From positions 10,124-34,123 of the forward strand of contig CAWICW010000040.1 in the NCBI GenBank assembly GCA_963834685.1: a DNA stretch of 24,000 nucleotides, read 5' to 3'. Source of the stretch: an uncultured Actinomycetes bacterium. GTDB taxonomy: Bacteria > Actinomycetota > Actinomycetes > Streptosporangiales > Streptosporangiaceae. The translations under genes and the position numbers were made by a program. Position 1 is the stretch's first letter, and the number at the start of each line of letters is the position of its first letter. Positions 1-8,412 of this stretch are shown here, piece by piece. Under the pieces are notes generated by a model. It was not told the origin of the DNA. It searched no databases and was given only the letters and a program-made list of their open reading frames with translations.

Positions 1-1262
1 GTCCACAGGGCCTGGATGGTGTACAGCGCGCTGCCGTCGGCCTCCAGGCACAGCACCGGCCGGTCCGGGGCGGCGACCGCCGCGCCGGTGGCGGCGGGCA
101 GGCCCTGGCCGATCGAGCCCCCGGTCAGGGTCAGCAGGCTGTGCCGGGCCGCGCGGGTCAGGGCGCGGGGCAGCGCGTAGCCCGAGGTGTTGGCCTCGTC
201 GGCCACGATGGCGTGCTCGGGCAGCGACACGGCGACCGTATTGGCCAGGCTGACCGCGGTCAGCGGTCCCGGCTCCGGGTCGGGCACGGCCAGGGGGGCC
301 CGGACCGGCTCGGTCCCGGCCGCGACACGGTCGGCGAGCAGGTCCAGCGCCGTCTCCACGTCTTGTCCTTCATCGGCCAGAACGGCCACCGAGCAGCCGT
401 CCGGGACCAGGTCGCTGCGCTGCCCGGGGTAGGCGAAGAACGAGACCGGGGAGCGGGCCCCGGCCAGGACGAGCCGACCCGGGGCACCCAGCTGGGCGGC
501 GGCCTGCTCGGCCAGGTAGGCCAGCCGGTCGACGGCCGGGACCCCGGCGCCGCGCTCCATCCGGGCCGGGAACGTCTCGGCCAGCAGCCGCACCCCGGTC
601 GCGGCGCTGACCCGGCTGGCCGCGTCCAGGCCACGCTCGGTCAGCGCCTTCCCGCCCAGCAAGAGCAGCACGGAGTCGCCGCCGGAGAGCAGATCGGCGA
701 CGGCCGCGACGTGGTCATCACCGACCGTCTCCGGCCCGGGCTGCGGCCGGGGCGGGGCGAGCGCGCCGCCGTCGCTCCACGACACGTCGGCGGGCAGGAT
801 CAGGGTGGCGATCTGGCCGCGGCGGGCCGCGGCCAGCGCGCGCATCGCGTCCTGGGCCAGGTCACGGGTGGTGCCGCTGGTGTGCACCCAGCCCGATACG
901 GTCCGGGCCAGGGCCTCGATGTCGGACTGCAGGGGCGCGTCGTAGCGGACGTGGCCGGTGGCGTGGGCCCCGACGATGGTCACCACCGGGCTGCCGGCCC
1001 GCCGCGCGTTGTGCAGGTTGGCCAGCCCGTTGGCCAGGCCAGGGCCGAGGTGCAGCAGGACCGCGGCGGGCCGGCCCGCGATACGGGCGTAACCGTCGGC
1101 GGCACCGGTCGCGACGCCCTCGAACAGGGCCAGCACCCCCCGCATCTGCGGCACGGAGTCCAGGGCGGCGACGAAGTGCATCTCCGACGTACCCGGGTTC
1201 ATGAAGCACACGTCGACGCCCGCCCCGGTCAGGCTGGCGATCAGCGCCTGAGCACCGTTCAC
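1..1262 (-). CDS. Thiamine-diphosphate-dependent enzyme, acetolactate synthase large subunit-like (3' end outside window)
   Basis: Minus-strand frame from GTG at 1262 stays open to window edge: MNGAQALIASLTGAGVDVCFMNPGTSEMHF...FEGVATGAADGYARIAGRPAAVLLHLGPGLANGLANLHNARR; later HSLLTLTGGSIGQGLPAATGAAVAAPDRPVLCLEADGSALYTIQALW (ThDP-binding region). Checked that the 141-143 codon is in frame with 1262. Confidence 0.88.
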   Translation of the reverse strand, partial: MNGAQALIASLTGAGVDVCFMNPGTSEMHFVAALDSVPQMRGVLALFEGVATGAADGYARIAGRPAAVLLHLGPGLANGLANLHNARRAGSPVVTIVGAHATGHVRYDAPLQSDIEALARTVSGWVHTSGTTRDLAQDAMRALAAARRGQIATLILPADVSWSDGGALAPPRPQPGPETVGDDHVAAVADLLSGGDSVLLLLGGKALTERGLDAASRVSAATGVRLLAETFPARMERGAGVPAVDRLAYLAEQAAAQLGAPGRLVLAGARSPVSFFAYPGQRSDLVPDGCSVAVLADEGQDVETALDLLADRVAAGTEPVRAPLAVPDPEPGPLTAVSLANTVAVSLPEHAIVADEANTSGYALPRALTRAARHSLLTLTGGSIGQGLPAATGAAVAAPDRPVLCLEADGSALYTIQALW

Positions 1263-1290
1263 CCGGCCGATCGTAGGCCACCGCGGGCCC

Positions 1291-1422
1291 GCCCGCGCCA
1301 GCGGGCCAAGCAGGCACCGCCCGCGCCAGCGGGCCAAGCAGGCACCGCCCGCGCCAGCGGGCCAAGCAGGCACAGCCCGCGCCAGCGGGCCAAGCAGGCA
1401 CAGTCCGCTTCAGCGGGCCGAG
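1291..1422. repeat. 28-bp tandem direct repeat, about 4.7 copies (GCCCGCGCCAGCGGGCCAAGCAGGCACC)
   Basis: Unit starts at 1291, 1319, 1347, 1375, with a degenerate copy at 1403. Period is 28, not a multiple of 3, lying between two genes. Confidence 0.95.
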
Positions 1423-2334
1423 TGGGCTCCGGTCATCATGGCGGCCAGGTCGTCCGGGTGCAGGAACGAGGGCGGCGGCGGGGGCCCCCAGGCGAACAGG
1501 CCGCGGGCGCCCTCGAGGTCTTCCGGCGTCCACAGCTGGTCGTCGACGATGCAGTCCATGTCGGAGTAGTACTCGGAGAAGTTGCCCGCGGGGTCCTTCA
1601 GGTACCAGAAGAAGTTCGATCCCGCGTAGTGGCGGCCGAGGCCCCAGACGTGCCGTTCGGGCCGGCCCTCGAGCATGGCGCAGGCCCCGCGGCCCACGTC
1701 GTCGACGTCGTCGACCTGCCAGGACGTGTGGTGCAGGAAGCTCACCGGCGCGGCCAGGACCAGCACGTTGTGGTGGTCGGTCGAGCAGCGCATGAACGCG
1801 CCCACGCCCTTGATCCGGTCGCTGATCTTGAAGCCGAGCCCGTCGGTGAAGAACGACATCGTGGCCTGGGGGTCGGTGCTGCCCAGCACGGCGTGCCCGA
1901 GCTTGCGGGGGCGGACCCGGTCCGGGCGGGTGAAGCCGGGGGCCCGGCTGCCCTGCCGCTCGAACCGGCCAGGACCGTTGTAGGCAGTTGCCGGAATCGC
2001 ATCTTGAACAATCCGCGGGGCAACGTCCAGGCCGACGCGCACGCCGGTGACCGGCTCGGTCGCCTCCAGGCTGGTTTCCCGCAGAGCCGACGGGACACCG
2101 AGCCGGGTCAAGCCGGCCGCCGCGCGGGCCAGGTCGTCCGCGTCATCGGCGCCGACGCGCAGATCGATCAGCCGCCGGGTCGGCGCGGGCACCAGCCGCA
2201 GTTGGCGGCCGGCGTCGCAGGGTGCTGAACCACCCGCCCGCCTCCGGCGTGAGGCCGAACTCGGCGTAGTAGGCGGCCGTCTCCTCGACGTTCGGCACGC
2301 CGATGGTGACCGACCCCAGCCCGTGCAGGCTCAT
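1410..2334 (-). pseudogene. VOC-family (glyoxalase/extradiol dioxygenase-like) protein, apparently frameshifted
   Basis: N-terminal part in one frame (MSLHGLGSVTIGVPNVEETAAYYAEFGLTPEAGGWFST..., start 2334). Continuation is in another frame (..QLRLVPAPTRRLIDLRVGADDADDLAR...LGHAVLGSTDPQATMSFFTDGLGFKISD...) to stop at 1410. Frames join if one base is dropped from the GGG/CCC run at about 2220-2222. Could be a sequencing error. Confidence 0.75.
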
Positions 2335-2418
2335 CGCTCCTCCTGGTGATCCGTTGCCCTCACGGTAACTCCTGACCACGGGAACTGTGATGCCCGGCGG
2401 GGTGCTGGACCGCTGGCG

Positions 2419-2434
2419 ATACCCCAAGGGGTAC
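2419..2434. promoter_or_regulatory. Candidate CsoR/CstR-type operator ATACCCCAAGGGGTAC upstream of the DUF156 repressor
   Basis: Near-perfect dyad (TACCCC-AA-GGGGTA) 10 nt upstream of the regulator start; matches a second site upstream of the thioredoxin gene. Confidence 0.7.
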
Positions 2435-2444
2435 CCTGTCGGGC

Positions 2445-2717
2445 GTGAACGTGGACAGCGAGGAGCTCGGGGACGTGATCCGGCGGCTGCGGCGCGCGCA
2501 GGGCCAGGTCGGCGGCGTGATCCGGATGATCGAAGCGGGCCAGGACTGCTCGGACGTGCTGACCCAGCTGGCCGCGGCGGGCCGGGCCCTGGACCGGGCC
2601 GGCTTCAAGATCATCGCCAGCGGGCTCTGCCAATGCCTGCTCGACGAGCAGGCGGGCCGCGAGCAGGCCGCCGGCGAGCGCGCCCGGCTGGAGAAGCTGT
2701 TCCTCTCCCTGGCCTGA
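2445..2717 (+). CDS. Metal-/sulfur-sensing transcriptional repressor, CsoR/RcnR/CstR (DUF156) family
   Basis: 90 aa MNVDSEELGDVIRRLRRAQGQVGGVIRMIEAGQDCSDVLTQLAAAGRALDRAGFKIIASGLCQCLLDEQ..., characteristic family pattern. Confidence 0.93.
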   Translation: MNVDSEELGDVIRRLRRAQGQVGGVIRMIEAGQDCSDVLTQLAAAGRALDRAGFKIIASGLCQCLLDEQAGREQAAGERARLEKLFLSLA

Positions 2718-2838
2718 CGCACCACGCTCCGTTCGGAATGAAATCGGGGTTTCAGCACGCTAGAACCTAGTGAAATCCGGGTTTCATCACCATGGGCGGG
2801 GACTAGACCGGGGAATTTCCCCCGGCTTGGCGTTGTAC

Positions 2839-2854
2839 ATACCCCTACGGGTAT
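2839..2854. promoter_or_regulatory. Candidate CsoR/CstR-type operator ATACCCCTACGGGTAT upstream of thioredoxin
   Basis: ATACCC-N4-GGGTAT dyad 22 nt upstream of the thioredoxin ATG. Confidence 0.75.
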
Positions 2855-2876
2855 CCACGACGCAAGGAGGCGGACG

Positions 2877-3248
2877 ATGGCGACGGTCGAGCTTACGGCC
2901 GAAAACTTCAACTCGACGGTGAGCGGAGACGGCCTGGTTCTCGTCGACTTCTGGGCGGCCTGGTGCGGGCCGTGCCGGATGTTCGGGCCCATCTTCGAGA
3001 AGGCGTCCGAGCAGCATCCGGACGCGGTGTTCGGCAAGGTCGACACCGAGGCGCAGCCCGAGGTCGCGGCGGCGTTCAAGATCTCGTCCATCCCGACGCT
3101 GATGATCGTCCGCGACGGCATCGTGCTGTACGCGGAGCCCGGCGCGCTGCCGGAGTCCGCGCTGGAGCAGCTGATCACCAAGGCCACCGAGCTGGACATG
3201 AACGAGGTGCGGGCCAGCCTGGAGACTTCCGCCCAGAGGGCACAATAG
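2877..3248 (+). CDS. trxA: Thioredoxin
   Basis: LVDFWAAWCGPCRMFGPIFEKASEQHP...ISSIPTLMIVRDG: canonical WCGPC active site and cis-Pro region. AAGGAGG RBS 8 nt upstream. Confidence 0.95.
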   Translation: MATVELTAENFNSTVSGDGLVLVDFWAAWCGPCRMFGPIFEKASEQHPDAVFGKVDTEAQPEVAAAFKISSIPTLMIVRDGIVLYAEPGALPESALEQLITKATELDMNEVRASLETSAQRAQ

Positions 3249-3253
3249 AGCCG

Positions 3254-4138
3254 CTAGGAGAGCACGCGGCGGCGGAAGTTGCGCAGCCCGATGGCCAGGA
3301 ACGCGGCGGCGAAGCCGATCACGACCGGGTAGATGACGTACAGGTGCATATGCGGCGCGTTGGTGAACGCGGCCCGCATCCCCTCGTTCACGTAGATGAG
3401 CGGGTTGATCAGCACCAACGTCTGCAGCCAGGGCCAGCCGCCCACGGTGACCGGCGCGAGCTTGGTCCACGAGTAGTAGGTGCCGCCCAGGAACGTGATC
3501 GGCAAGATGATGAAGCCGAACATCAGGCCGATGTTGCGCGGCTCGAAGCTGGTGCCGAGCACTAGGCCCAGGCCGGCCATCGCGATGCAGGCCAGCGGGA
3601 CGAAGGTCACGATGATCCACCAGTGCAGGGTCAGATGGGCCTGCACGCCGGGCGCGTGCACCACCGAGGCGATGGGCAGCACGATGATCGCGGACAGCAC
3701 GCCCTGGGCCGCGCCGGAGAACACCTTGGCCATCGCGACCAGCCAGATCGGGCACGGGGCCTGCACCCGGTCCTCGATCTCGCGGGTGAAGCCGAACTCC
3801 TGGGCCATGGCCAGCGCGATGGACTGCACGCCCTGGAACATGACCGAGATGCCGACCACGCCGGGGACCAGGATGGTCGCGAAGGCCGACTGCTCGACCG
3901 GCCCGTGGCCGCCGATGCCCTGCCCGATCTTCGGGAAGACGTACAGGAACACGAAGCAGAGCAGGAACGGCTGGATGAGCGTGCGCAGCACGAACTCCCA
4001 GATGTGCTTGCGCAGCACCACCAGGTCGCGCAGCAGCAGGGCGCCCAGCGCGGTCCAGCTGGCGGCGGCCACCGAGCGGGTGGGGCCGCCGCCGATCTTC
4101 GCGGCCGGGGCGCGCGGGGCCGTCGTTGACGTCGCCAT
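3254..4138 (-). CDS. ABC-2 type transporter permease (DrrB-like)
   Basis: Multi-TM protein, overlaps the ATP-binding gene by ATGA-type coupling: ...VPGVVGISVMFQGVQSIALAMAQEFGFTREIEDR...GLVLGTSFEPRNIGLMFGFIILPITFLGGTYY. Confidence 0.9.
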   Translation of the reverse strand: MATSTTAPRAPAAKIGGGPTRSVAAASWTALGALLLRDLVVLRKHIWEFVLRTLIQPFLLCFVFLYVFPKIGQGIGGHGPVEQSAFATILVPGVVGISVMFQGVQSIALAMAQEFGFTREIEDRVQAPCPIWLVAMAKVFSGAAQGVLSAIIVLPIASVVHAPGVQAHLTLHWWIIVTFVPLACIAMAGLGLVLGTSFEPRNIGLMFGFIILPITFLGGTYYSWTKLAPVTVGGWPWLQTLVLINPLIYVNEGMRAAFTNAPHMHLYVIYPVVIGFAAAFLAIGLRNFRRRVLS

Positions 4139-5094
4139 CAGTCGCGCAGGTCCTTTCCGGTCAGGCTGATGAACACGGTCTCCAGGGTGGGCTCGGCGAT
4201 CGACACGTCGACCAGGTCGAAGCCCTCGCGTTCGGCCGCGAGCACGATCCGCGGGACCAGGCGGTCGGCGCCCTGCATATGCAGCTCAAGCCGGTCGTCG
4301 GCCACCCGGGTCCGGGTCACGCCCTCGACGTCCTTGGCCAGCAGCTCGGCCAGCCGGGCCGGGTCGCCGAGCGTGCGCACGGTGACGATGGTGTCGGCGC
4401 CGATGCTCTGCTTGAGCTCCTTGGGAGTGTCGAGGGCCAGGATGCGGCCGTGGTCCATGATCGCGACCCGCTGGCAGAGCCGGTCGGCCTCCTCCATGTA
4501 GTGCGTGGTGAGCAGGATCGTCTGGCCCTCGCCGTGCAGCTCGCCGAGCAGGTCCCACAGCGCGAGCCGACTCTGCGGGTCCAGCCCGGCGGTGGGCTCG
4601 TCGAGGAACAACACGCTCGGGCGGTGGAAGATGGCCCGGGCCACCATGAGCCGCTGGGCCATGCCGCCGGACAGGGCGTACACCGAGGCCTTGGCCCACC
4701 TGCTGAGCTGGAATTGCTCGAGCAGGTCGGTGGCGGTCTGCCGGGAGGCCTTGGCGCCCATGCCGAACAGCCGGCCGTGGAAGTACAGGTTCTCCCAGAC
4801 GGTGAGCTGGCGGTCCAGGGTGTTCTGCTGGGAGACGATCCCGCTCAGCTGCTTGGCCAGCGCGGGATGGGCCGCGACGTCGATGCCGGCGATGAAGGCG
4901 CGGCCGGAGGTCGGGACCACGCGCGTGGTGAGCATGCCGGCCGTGGTGGTCTTGCCTGCGCCGTTCGGTCCGAGGAGGCCGAAGATCTCCCCGGCGCGGA
5001 CGTCGAGGTTGAGCTTGTCCACCGCGGCGAAGTCCGTGCCCGGGTAGACCTTGGTCAGGTCCTTGGTGTGGATGACGGCGTCCGGCTCGCTCAT
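4138..5094 (-). CDS. ABC transporter ATP-binding protein (DrrA-like)
   Basis: Walker A GLLGPNGAGKTTT, signature LSGGMAQRL, Walker B HRPSVLFLDEPTAGLDP. Confidence 0.95.
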   Translation of the reverse strand: MSEPDAVIHTKDLTKVYPGTDFAAVDKLNLDVRAGEIFGLLGPNGAGKTTTAGMLTTRVVPTSGRAFIAGIDVAAHPALAKQLSGIVSQQNTLDRQLTVWENLYFHGRLFGMGAKASRQTATDLLEQFQLSRWAKASVYALSGGMAQRLMVARAIFHRPSVLFLDEPTAGLDPQSRLALWDLLGELHGEGQTILLTTHYMEEADRLCQRVAIMDHGRILALDTPKELKQSIGADTIVTVRTLGDPARLAELLAKDVEGVTRTRVADDRLELHMQGADRLVPRIVLAAEREGFDLVDVSIAEPTLETVFISLTGKDLRD

Positions 5095-5162
5095 AGGTAA
5101 TCCAGCCTATGGCCTGCCGCGCCCGCCGGCCTCCGCCGGCCATACACCAGGGGAGCCGGCGG

Positions 5163-5423
5163 CTACCGGTGGGCGCCGACCAGGTCGACGTGAATCCGGG
5201 CGGCGGGGGCGACGGTACCCGCCTCGTCGGACAACGGGCCGTAGGGGGTGCCGTAGACGGGGGTACCGGGTTCCTGGTGCCAGCTGTCGGCCAGCGATCC
5301 GGCGTCGACGGCGTCGTAGCCCATCGAGTCCAGGAACGCGGTCACCGCCGCCTCGGCCGCCACGCTGAGCCGGGCCACGGTGCCGCCGATCATGCCGCTG
5401 CCGATGATGCCTGCGGTTGTCAT
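5163..5423 (-). pseudogene. Internally deleted F420-dependent NADP oxidoreductase-like remnant (86 aa)
   Basis: MTTAGIIGSGMIGGTVARLSV (Rossmann start) joins directly to AAEAAVTAFLDSMGYDAVDAGSLADSWHQEPGTPVYG (family C-terminus); the middle of the usual protein of about 200 aa is absent. Confidence 0.65.
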
Positions 5424-5487
5424 GACCGCCGCAACCCCGGATCCCGCGCCGGCATTCCGGGCGCGCGATCCGGGGTGGCGGGCTGGG

Positions 5488-7056
5488 TCAGGCGCGGGGG
5501 CGAGAGCCGGAGGCCGGCACCGGAACCACGAGCTCGCCCAGGGACTCGCCGATGGCCTCGAGCTCGGTCACCGCGGTGATCTCGGCTGCGGGCTCGGCCG
5601 AGCCGGCTCGCGGGCGCAGGGTCAGGTAGCTGACCGCCACGCCGGCCGCCATCAGGGCGATCGTGACCAGCAGCCCGGTGTGGTAGCCGTCCAGGAACGC
5701 GTGCACGGGGTCGGCGCCGGACCGCAGCGCGGCGGCCCGGCGGGTGCTCAGCACGGCGCCGATCACCGTGATGCCGAGCAGCCCGGCGACCTCCCGCGAG
5801 GCGTTGAGCAGCGCGGAGGCGATACCGGCCTGCCCCGCCGGGGTGGCGGCCATGACCCCGTTGGTGAGCGGCACGTTCATCAGCCCTGCGCCCGCGCCGA
5901 ACAGCATGAACCCGGGCAGCAGGCTGGCGTAGCCGGCCTGCAGGCCCAGGCGGGCGAACAGGACCAGGCCGACCACCATGAGCAGCATCCCGAACGCCAC
6001 CGTGCGGTACGCCCCGGCCCGGGCCTGCACTCGCGGCGCGATCGCCGCGAACACCGCGACGCACAACGCCATCGGCACGAAGGCCAGGCCGGCCTTGACC
6101 GGCGAGAACCCGAGGGCCTGCTGCAGGTAGATCGAGGTGAAGAAGTAGATGCCGAGGATGCCGAAGGCCCAGATCATCATCGTGCCGGTGCCGCCGCTGA
6201 ACTCGCGGCTCCGGAACATGGCCAGGTCCACCATCGGGCTGGCCGTGCGCGACTCGATGACCAGGAAGACCGCGACGGCCACCGCCGCCAGCGCGAACGC
6301 GCCCACGATCAGCGGCGAGGTCCAGCCCCGGACGTTCCCCTCGATCAGCGCGTAGGTCAGCGCGAACAGGGTCACCGCAGAGGTGACCAGGCCGGGCAGG
6401 TCGAGCCGCCGCACCGCGGACTCCTCCCGGGATTCGCCCACGTTCCGCACCGCGATGGCGAAGGTGATCACGCCGACCGGGACGTTGATCAGGAAGATCC
6501 AGCCCCAGCGGACATGCTGGCTGATCAGGCCGCCCAGCACCGGGCCGGTGGCCAGGGCCAGCGCGCCGGCCGCGGCCCAGATGCCGATGGCCATGTTGCG
6601 TTCCCTGATGTCGCGGAACGTGGCCACGATGATGGCCAGCGTGGCCGGCATCAGCAGCGCCGCGCCGATGCCCTGGACGGCCCGGCTGGCGATGAGCGCG
6701 GTGCCGCTGCCCGCCAGCCCGGCGGCCAGCGAGGAAAGCGTGAAGACGGCCAGGCCGGCCAGGAACAGTCGGCGCCGTCCGTACACGTCGGCGAGCCGGC
6801 CCCCGACCAGCAGCAGCCCGGCCAGCGTGAGCAGGTAGCTGCTGACCACCCACTCCAGGCCGGCCACCGACAGGTGCAGGCTGCGCTGGATGGTCGGGAT
6901 CGCGACGTTGACGATGTTGTTGTCGAGATAGGTCATGAAGGCGGCCAGGCTCACGGCCGCCAGCGCCCACCAGCGCCTGGAGTCCTGGCGCCCCGTAGAC
7001 GGATCCGCTGACACGGTACTCGCTGACACGGCGATGTCCTTTCCCCTGGGGCTCAT
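5488..7056 (-). CDS. MFS transporter, DHA2/EmrB-QacA type drug exporter (14 TM)
   Basis: [25 protein letters not shown]...[16 protein letters not shown]...[19 protein letters not shown]...[28 protein letters not shown] can be extended to GTG 7095, but ATG 7056 is more likely. Confidence 0.95.
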   Translation of the reverse strand: MSPRGKDIAVSASTVSADPSTGRQDSRRWWALAAVSLAAFMTYLDNNIVNVAIPTIQRSLHLSVAGLEWVVSSYLLTLAGLLLVGGRLADVYGRRRLFLAGLAVFTLSSLAAGLAGSGTALIASRAVQGIGAALLMPATLAIIVATFRDIRERNMAIGIWAAAGALALATGPVLGGLISQHVRWGWIFLINVPVGVITFAIAVRNVGESREESAVRRLDLPGLVTSAVTLFALTYALIEGNVRGWTSPLIVGAFALAAVAVAVFLVIESRTASPMVDLAMFRSREFSGGTGTMMIWAFGILGIYFFTSIYLQQALGFSPVKAGLAFVPMALCVAVFAAIAPRVQARAGAYRTVAFGMLLMVVGLVLFARLGLQAGYASLLPGFMLFGAGAGLMNVPLTNGVMAATPAGQAGIASALLNASREVAGLLGITVIGAVLSTRRAAALRSGADPVHAFLDGYHTGLLVTIALMAAGVAVSYLTLRPRAGSAEPAAEITAVTELEAIGESLGELVVPVPASGSRPRA

Positions 7057-7127
7057 GTACGCCGTACCTGTATGACGTTCATATACGTCGTACACGTACG
7101 TTGTAAATCGTTGCTTGTACGGCGTAT
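7057..7127. promoter_or_regulatory. Divergent MFS/TetR promoter region with putative TetR operators
   Basis: GTACGCCGTAC (7057-7067) and GTACGGCGTAT (7117-7127) are inverted copies flanking a further TACGT/ACGTA-rich dyad in the gene gap. Confidence 0.65.
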
Positions 7128-7136
7128 GGTTGTCAA

Positions 7137-7847
7137 GTGATGGATACGAACCCGCGATCGGAGGAGCCGGACGGCGAGCGGACGCGCCTCAGCAAGCGCG
7201 CCGTGGTCGACCGCGCGCTCAAGCTGGCCGACGCCGACGGGCTCGAGGCGTTGACCATCCGCAAGCTGGCCCAGGACCTGGGCGTCACCCCGATGGCGCT
7301 GTACTGGCATTTCCGCAGCAAGGACGACCTGCTCGAGGGCATGGCCGAGCAGGTCTGGAGCGAGATCGAGGTGCGCGTCGATCCGTCGGTCCCGTGGTGG
7401 GCCCAGCTTCAGGCCGGACTGGAATCCCTGCTCAGGGTGCTGCGCGCCCACCCGGCCGCGCCCCAGCTGGTACTCGAGCACGAAAAGCAGAACGAGGCGG
7501 CGCTGCGGGCCACCGAGGCCGCCCTGGAGATCCTGCGCGGCGCCGGGTTCGATCCGCAGCACGCCAGCGAGATCGCCCGCAGCACGCTGTGGACCGGGAT
7601 CACGCTGGTCATGAGCGAGGCCGGCTACCACCCGGAGCTATCGGAGGACGAGCGCGCCGAGCATCAGCGACGCACCGAGATCACCTTCGCCATGCTGCCG
7701 GTCGCCGGGTACCCGCGGCTGGTCGAATGCGCCGCGCCGATGTCCAGCTGCGACCCGGACCTGCACTACCGGCTCGGCGTCGAGCTGTTCATCGCCGGGG
7801 TCCGGGCCATGGCCGAGCGGTACGGACGGGACCCGGCTGGTTCGTAA
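7137..7847 (+). CDS. TetR/AcrR family transcriptional regulator
   Basis: RLSKRAVVDRALKLADADGLEALTIRKLAQDLGVTPMALYWHFRSKDDLLEGMAEQVW, a typical TetR HTH followed by a TetR_C-like domain. Start could be GTG 7137 or ATG 7140/7143. Confidence 0.93.
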   Translation: MMDTNPRSEEPDGERTRLSKRAVVDRALKLADADGLEALTIRKLAQDLGVTPMALYWHFRSKDDLLEGMAEQVWSEIEVRVDPSVPWWAQLQAGLESLLRVLRAHPAAPQLVLEHEKQNEAALRATEAALEILRGAGFDPQHASEIARSTLWTGITLVMSEAGYHPELSEDERAEHQRRTEITFAMLPVAGYPRLVECAAPMSSCDPDLHYRLGVELFIAGVRAMAERYGRDPAGS

Positions 7848-8279
7848 CAGCGGGTACTGGTAGCGGATGAACCCGCTGAACCGGGCCACCTTGTCGTACA
7901 AGGCGCGGGCCCGCGCGTTGTCCTCCTGGGTGTGCCAGTAGTACCGGGTCGCGCCGTGATCGCGCGCCGCCCGGGCCACCCCCTCGAGCAGGGCGCGCGC
8001 CGCGCCGCGGCCGCGGACCTCCTCGTCCACGAACAGGTCCTGGAGGTAACACGCCTCTCCGCCCCAGAACGCGGGATGGAAGAAATAGTGCGCGATGCCG
8101 ATCAGCCGCCCGTCGAGGCGGGCACCGAGTCCATGCAGTTCGGTCCCGTGCCGCAGCCGCCGCCAGGTCACCTCGTAGGCCTCATCCGGGATCCAGTCCC
8201 GGTAAAACGCCTTGTAACCGCGGGCCAGCCCTTCCCAGGCGGACCGGTCGCCGGCCTGCAGCGGGCCGACCTCGATCAT
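7638..8279 (-). CDS. GNAT family N-acetyltransferase, with C-terminal read-through antisense to TetR
   Basis: LIGIAHYFFHPAFWGGEACYLQDLFVDEEVRGRGAARALLEGVARAARDHGATRYYWHTQEDNARARALYDKVARFSGFIRYQYPL. The acetyl-CoA motif RGRGAA is present. Confidence 0.85.
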   Translation of the reverse strand: MIEVGPLQAGDRSAWEGLARGYKAFYRDWIPDEAYEVTWRRLRHGTELHGLGARLDGRLIGIAHYFFHPAFWGGEACYLQDLFVDEEVRGRGAARALLEGVARAARDHGATRYYWHTQEDNARARALYDKVARFSGFIRYQYPLLRTSRVPSVPLGHGPDPGDEQLDAEPVVQVRVAAGHRRGAFDQPRVPGDRQHGEGDLGASLMLGALVLR

Positions 8280-8369
8280 GGTTTCCTCACCCGGCCAGCC
8301 TGACACACGCCAGGGTCCTCCTCGGCGGGACGCGCATCACGTCCGATCACCGGCAGGGTGAACCACGGA

Positions 8370-8403
8370 CCGTTCGGTCAAAATTAATCAATGATCCGAA
8401 CGG
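8370..8403. terminator. Hairpin downstream of cbbX (CCGTTCGG...CCGAACGG with AT-rich loop)
   Basis: 8-bp perfect arms, 18-nt loop, 10 nt beyond the cbbX stop; no clear U-tract, so an atypical terminator. Confidence 0.55.
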
Positions 8404-8412
8404 GCCGTGGTG

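Noticed and set aside
1291-1422. CRISPR array
   Set aside because: Units are back to back with no unique spacers, so it is a tandem repeat.
141-2228. 695-aa plus-strand ORF
   Set aside because: Arg/Gly/Pro/His-rich low-complexity translation antisense to the ThDP and VOC genes; a typical high-GC spurious ORF, and it crosses the 28-bp repeats.
4126-5100. Plus-strand 324-aa ORF
   Set aside because: Mirror frame of the clear ABC ATPase gene on the minus strand; no recognisable domain.
5380-7011. Plus-strand 543-aa ORF and overlapping 516-aa minus ORF
   Set aside because: Both are alternative-frame shadows of the MFS exporter, with Arg/Gly/Ala-biased composition.
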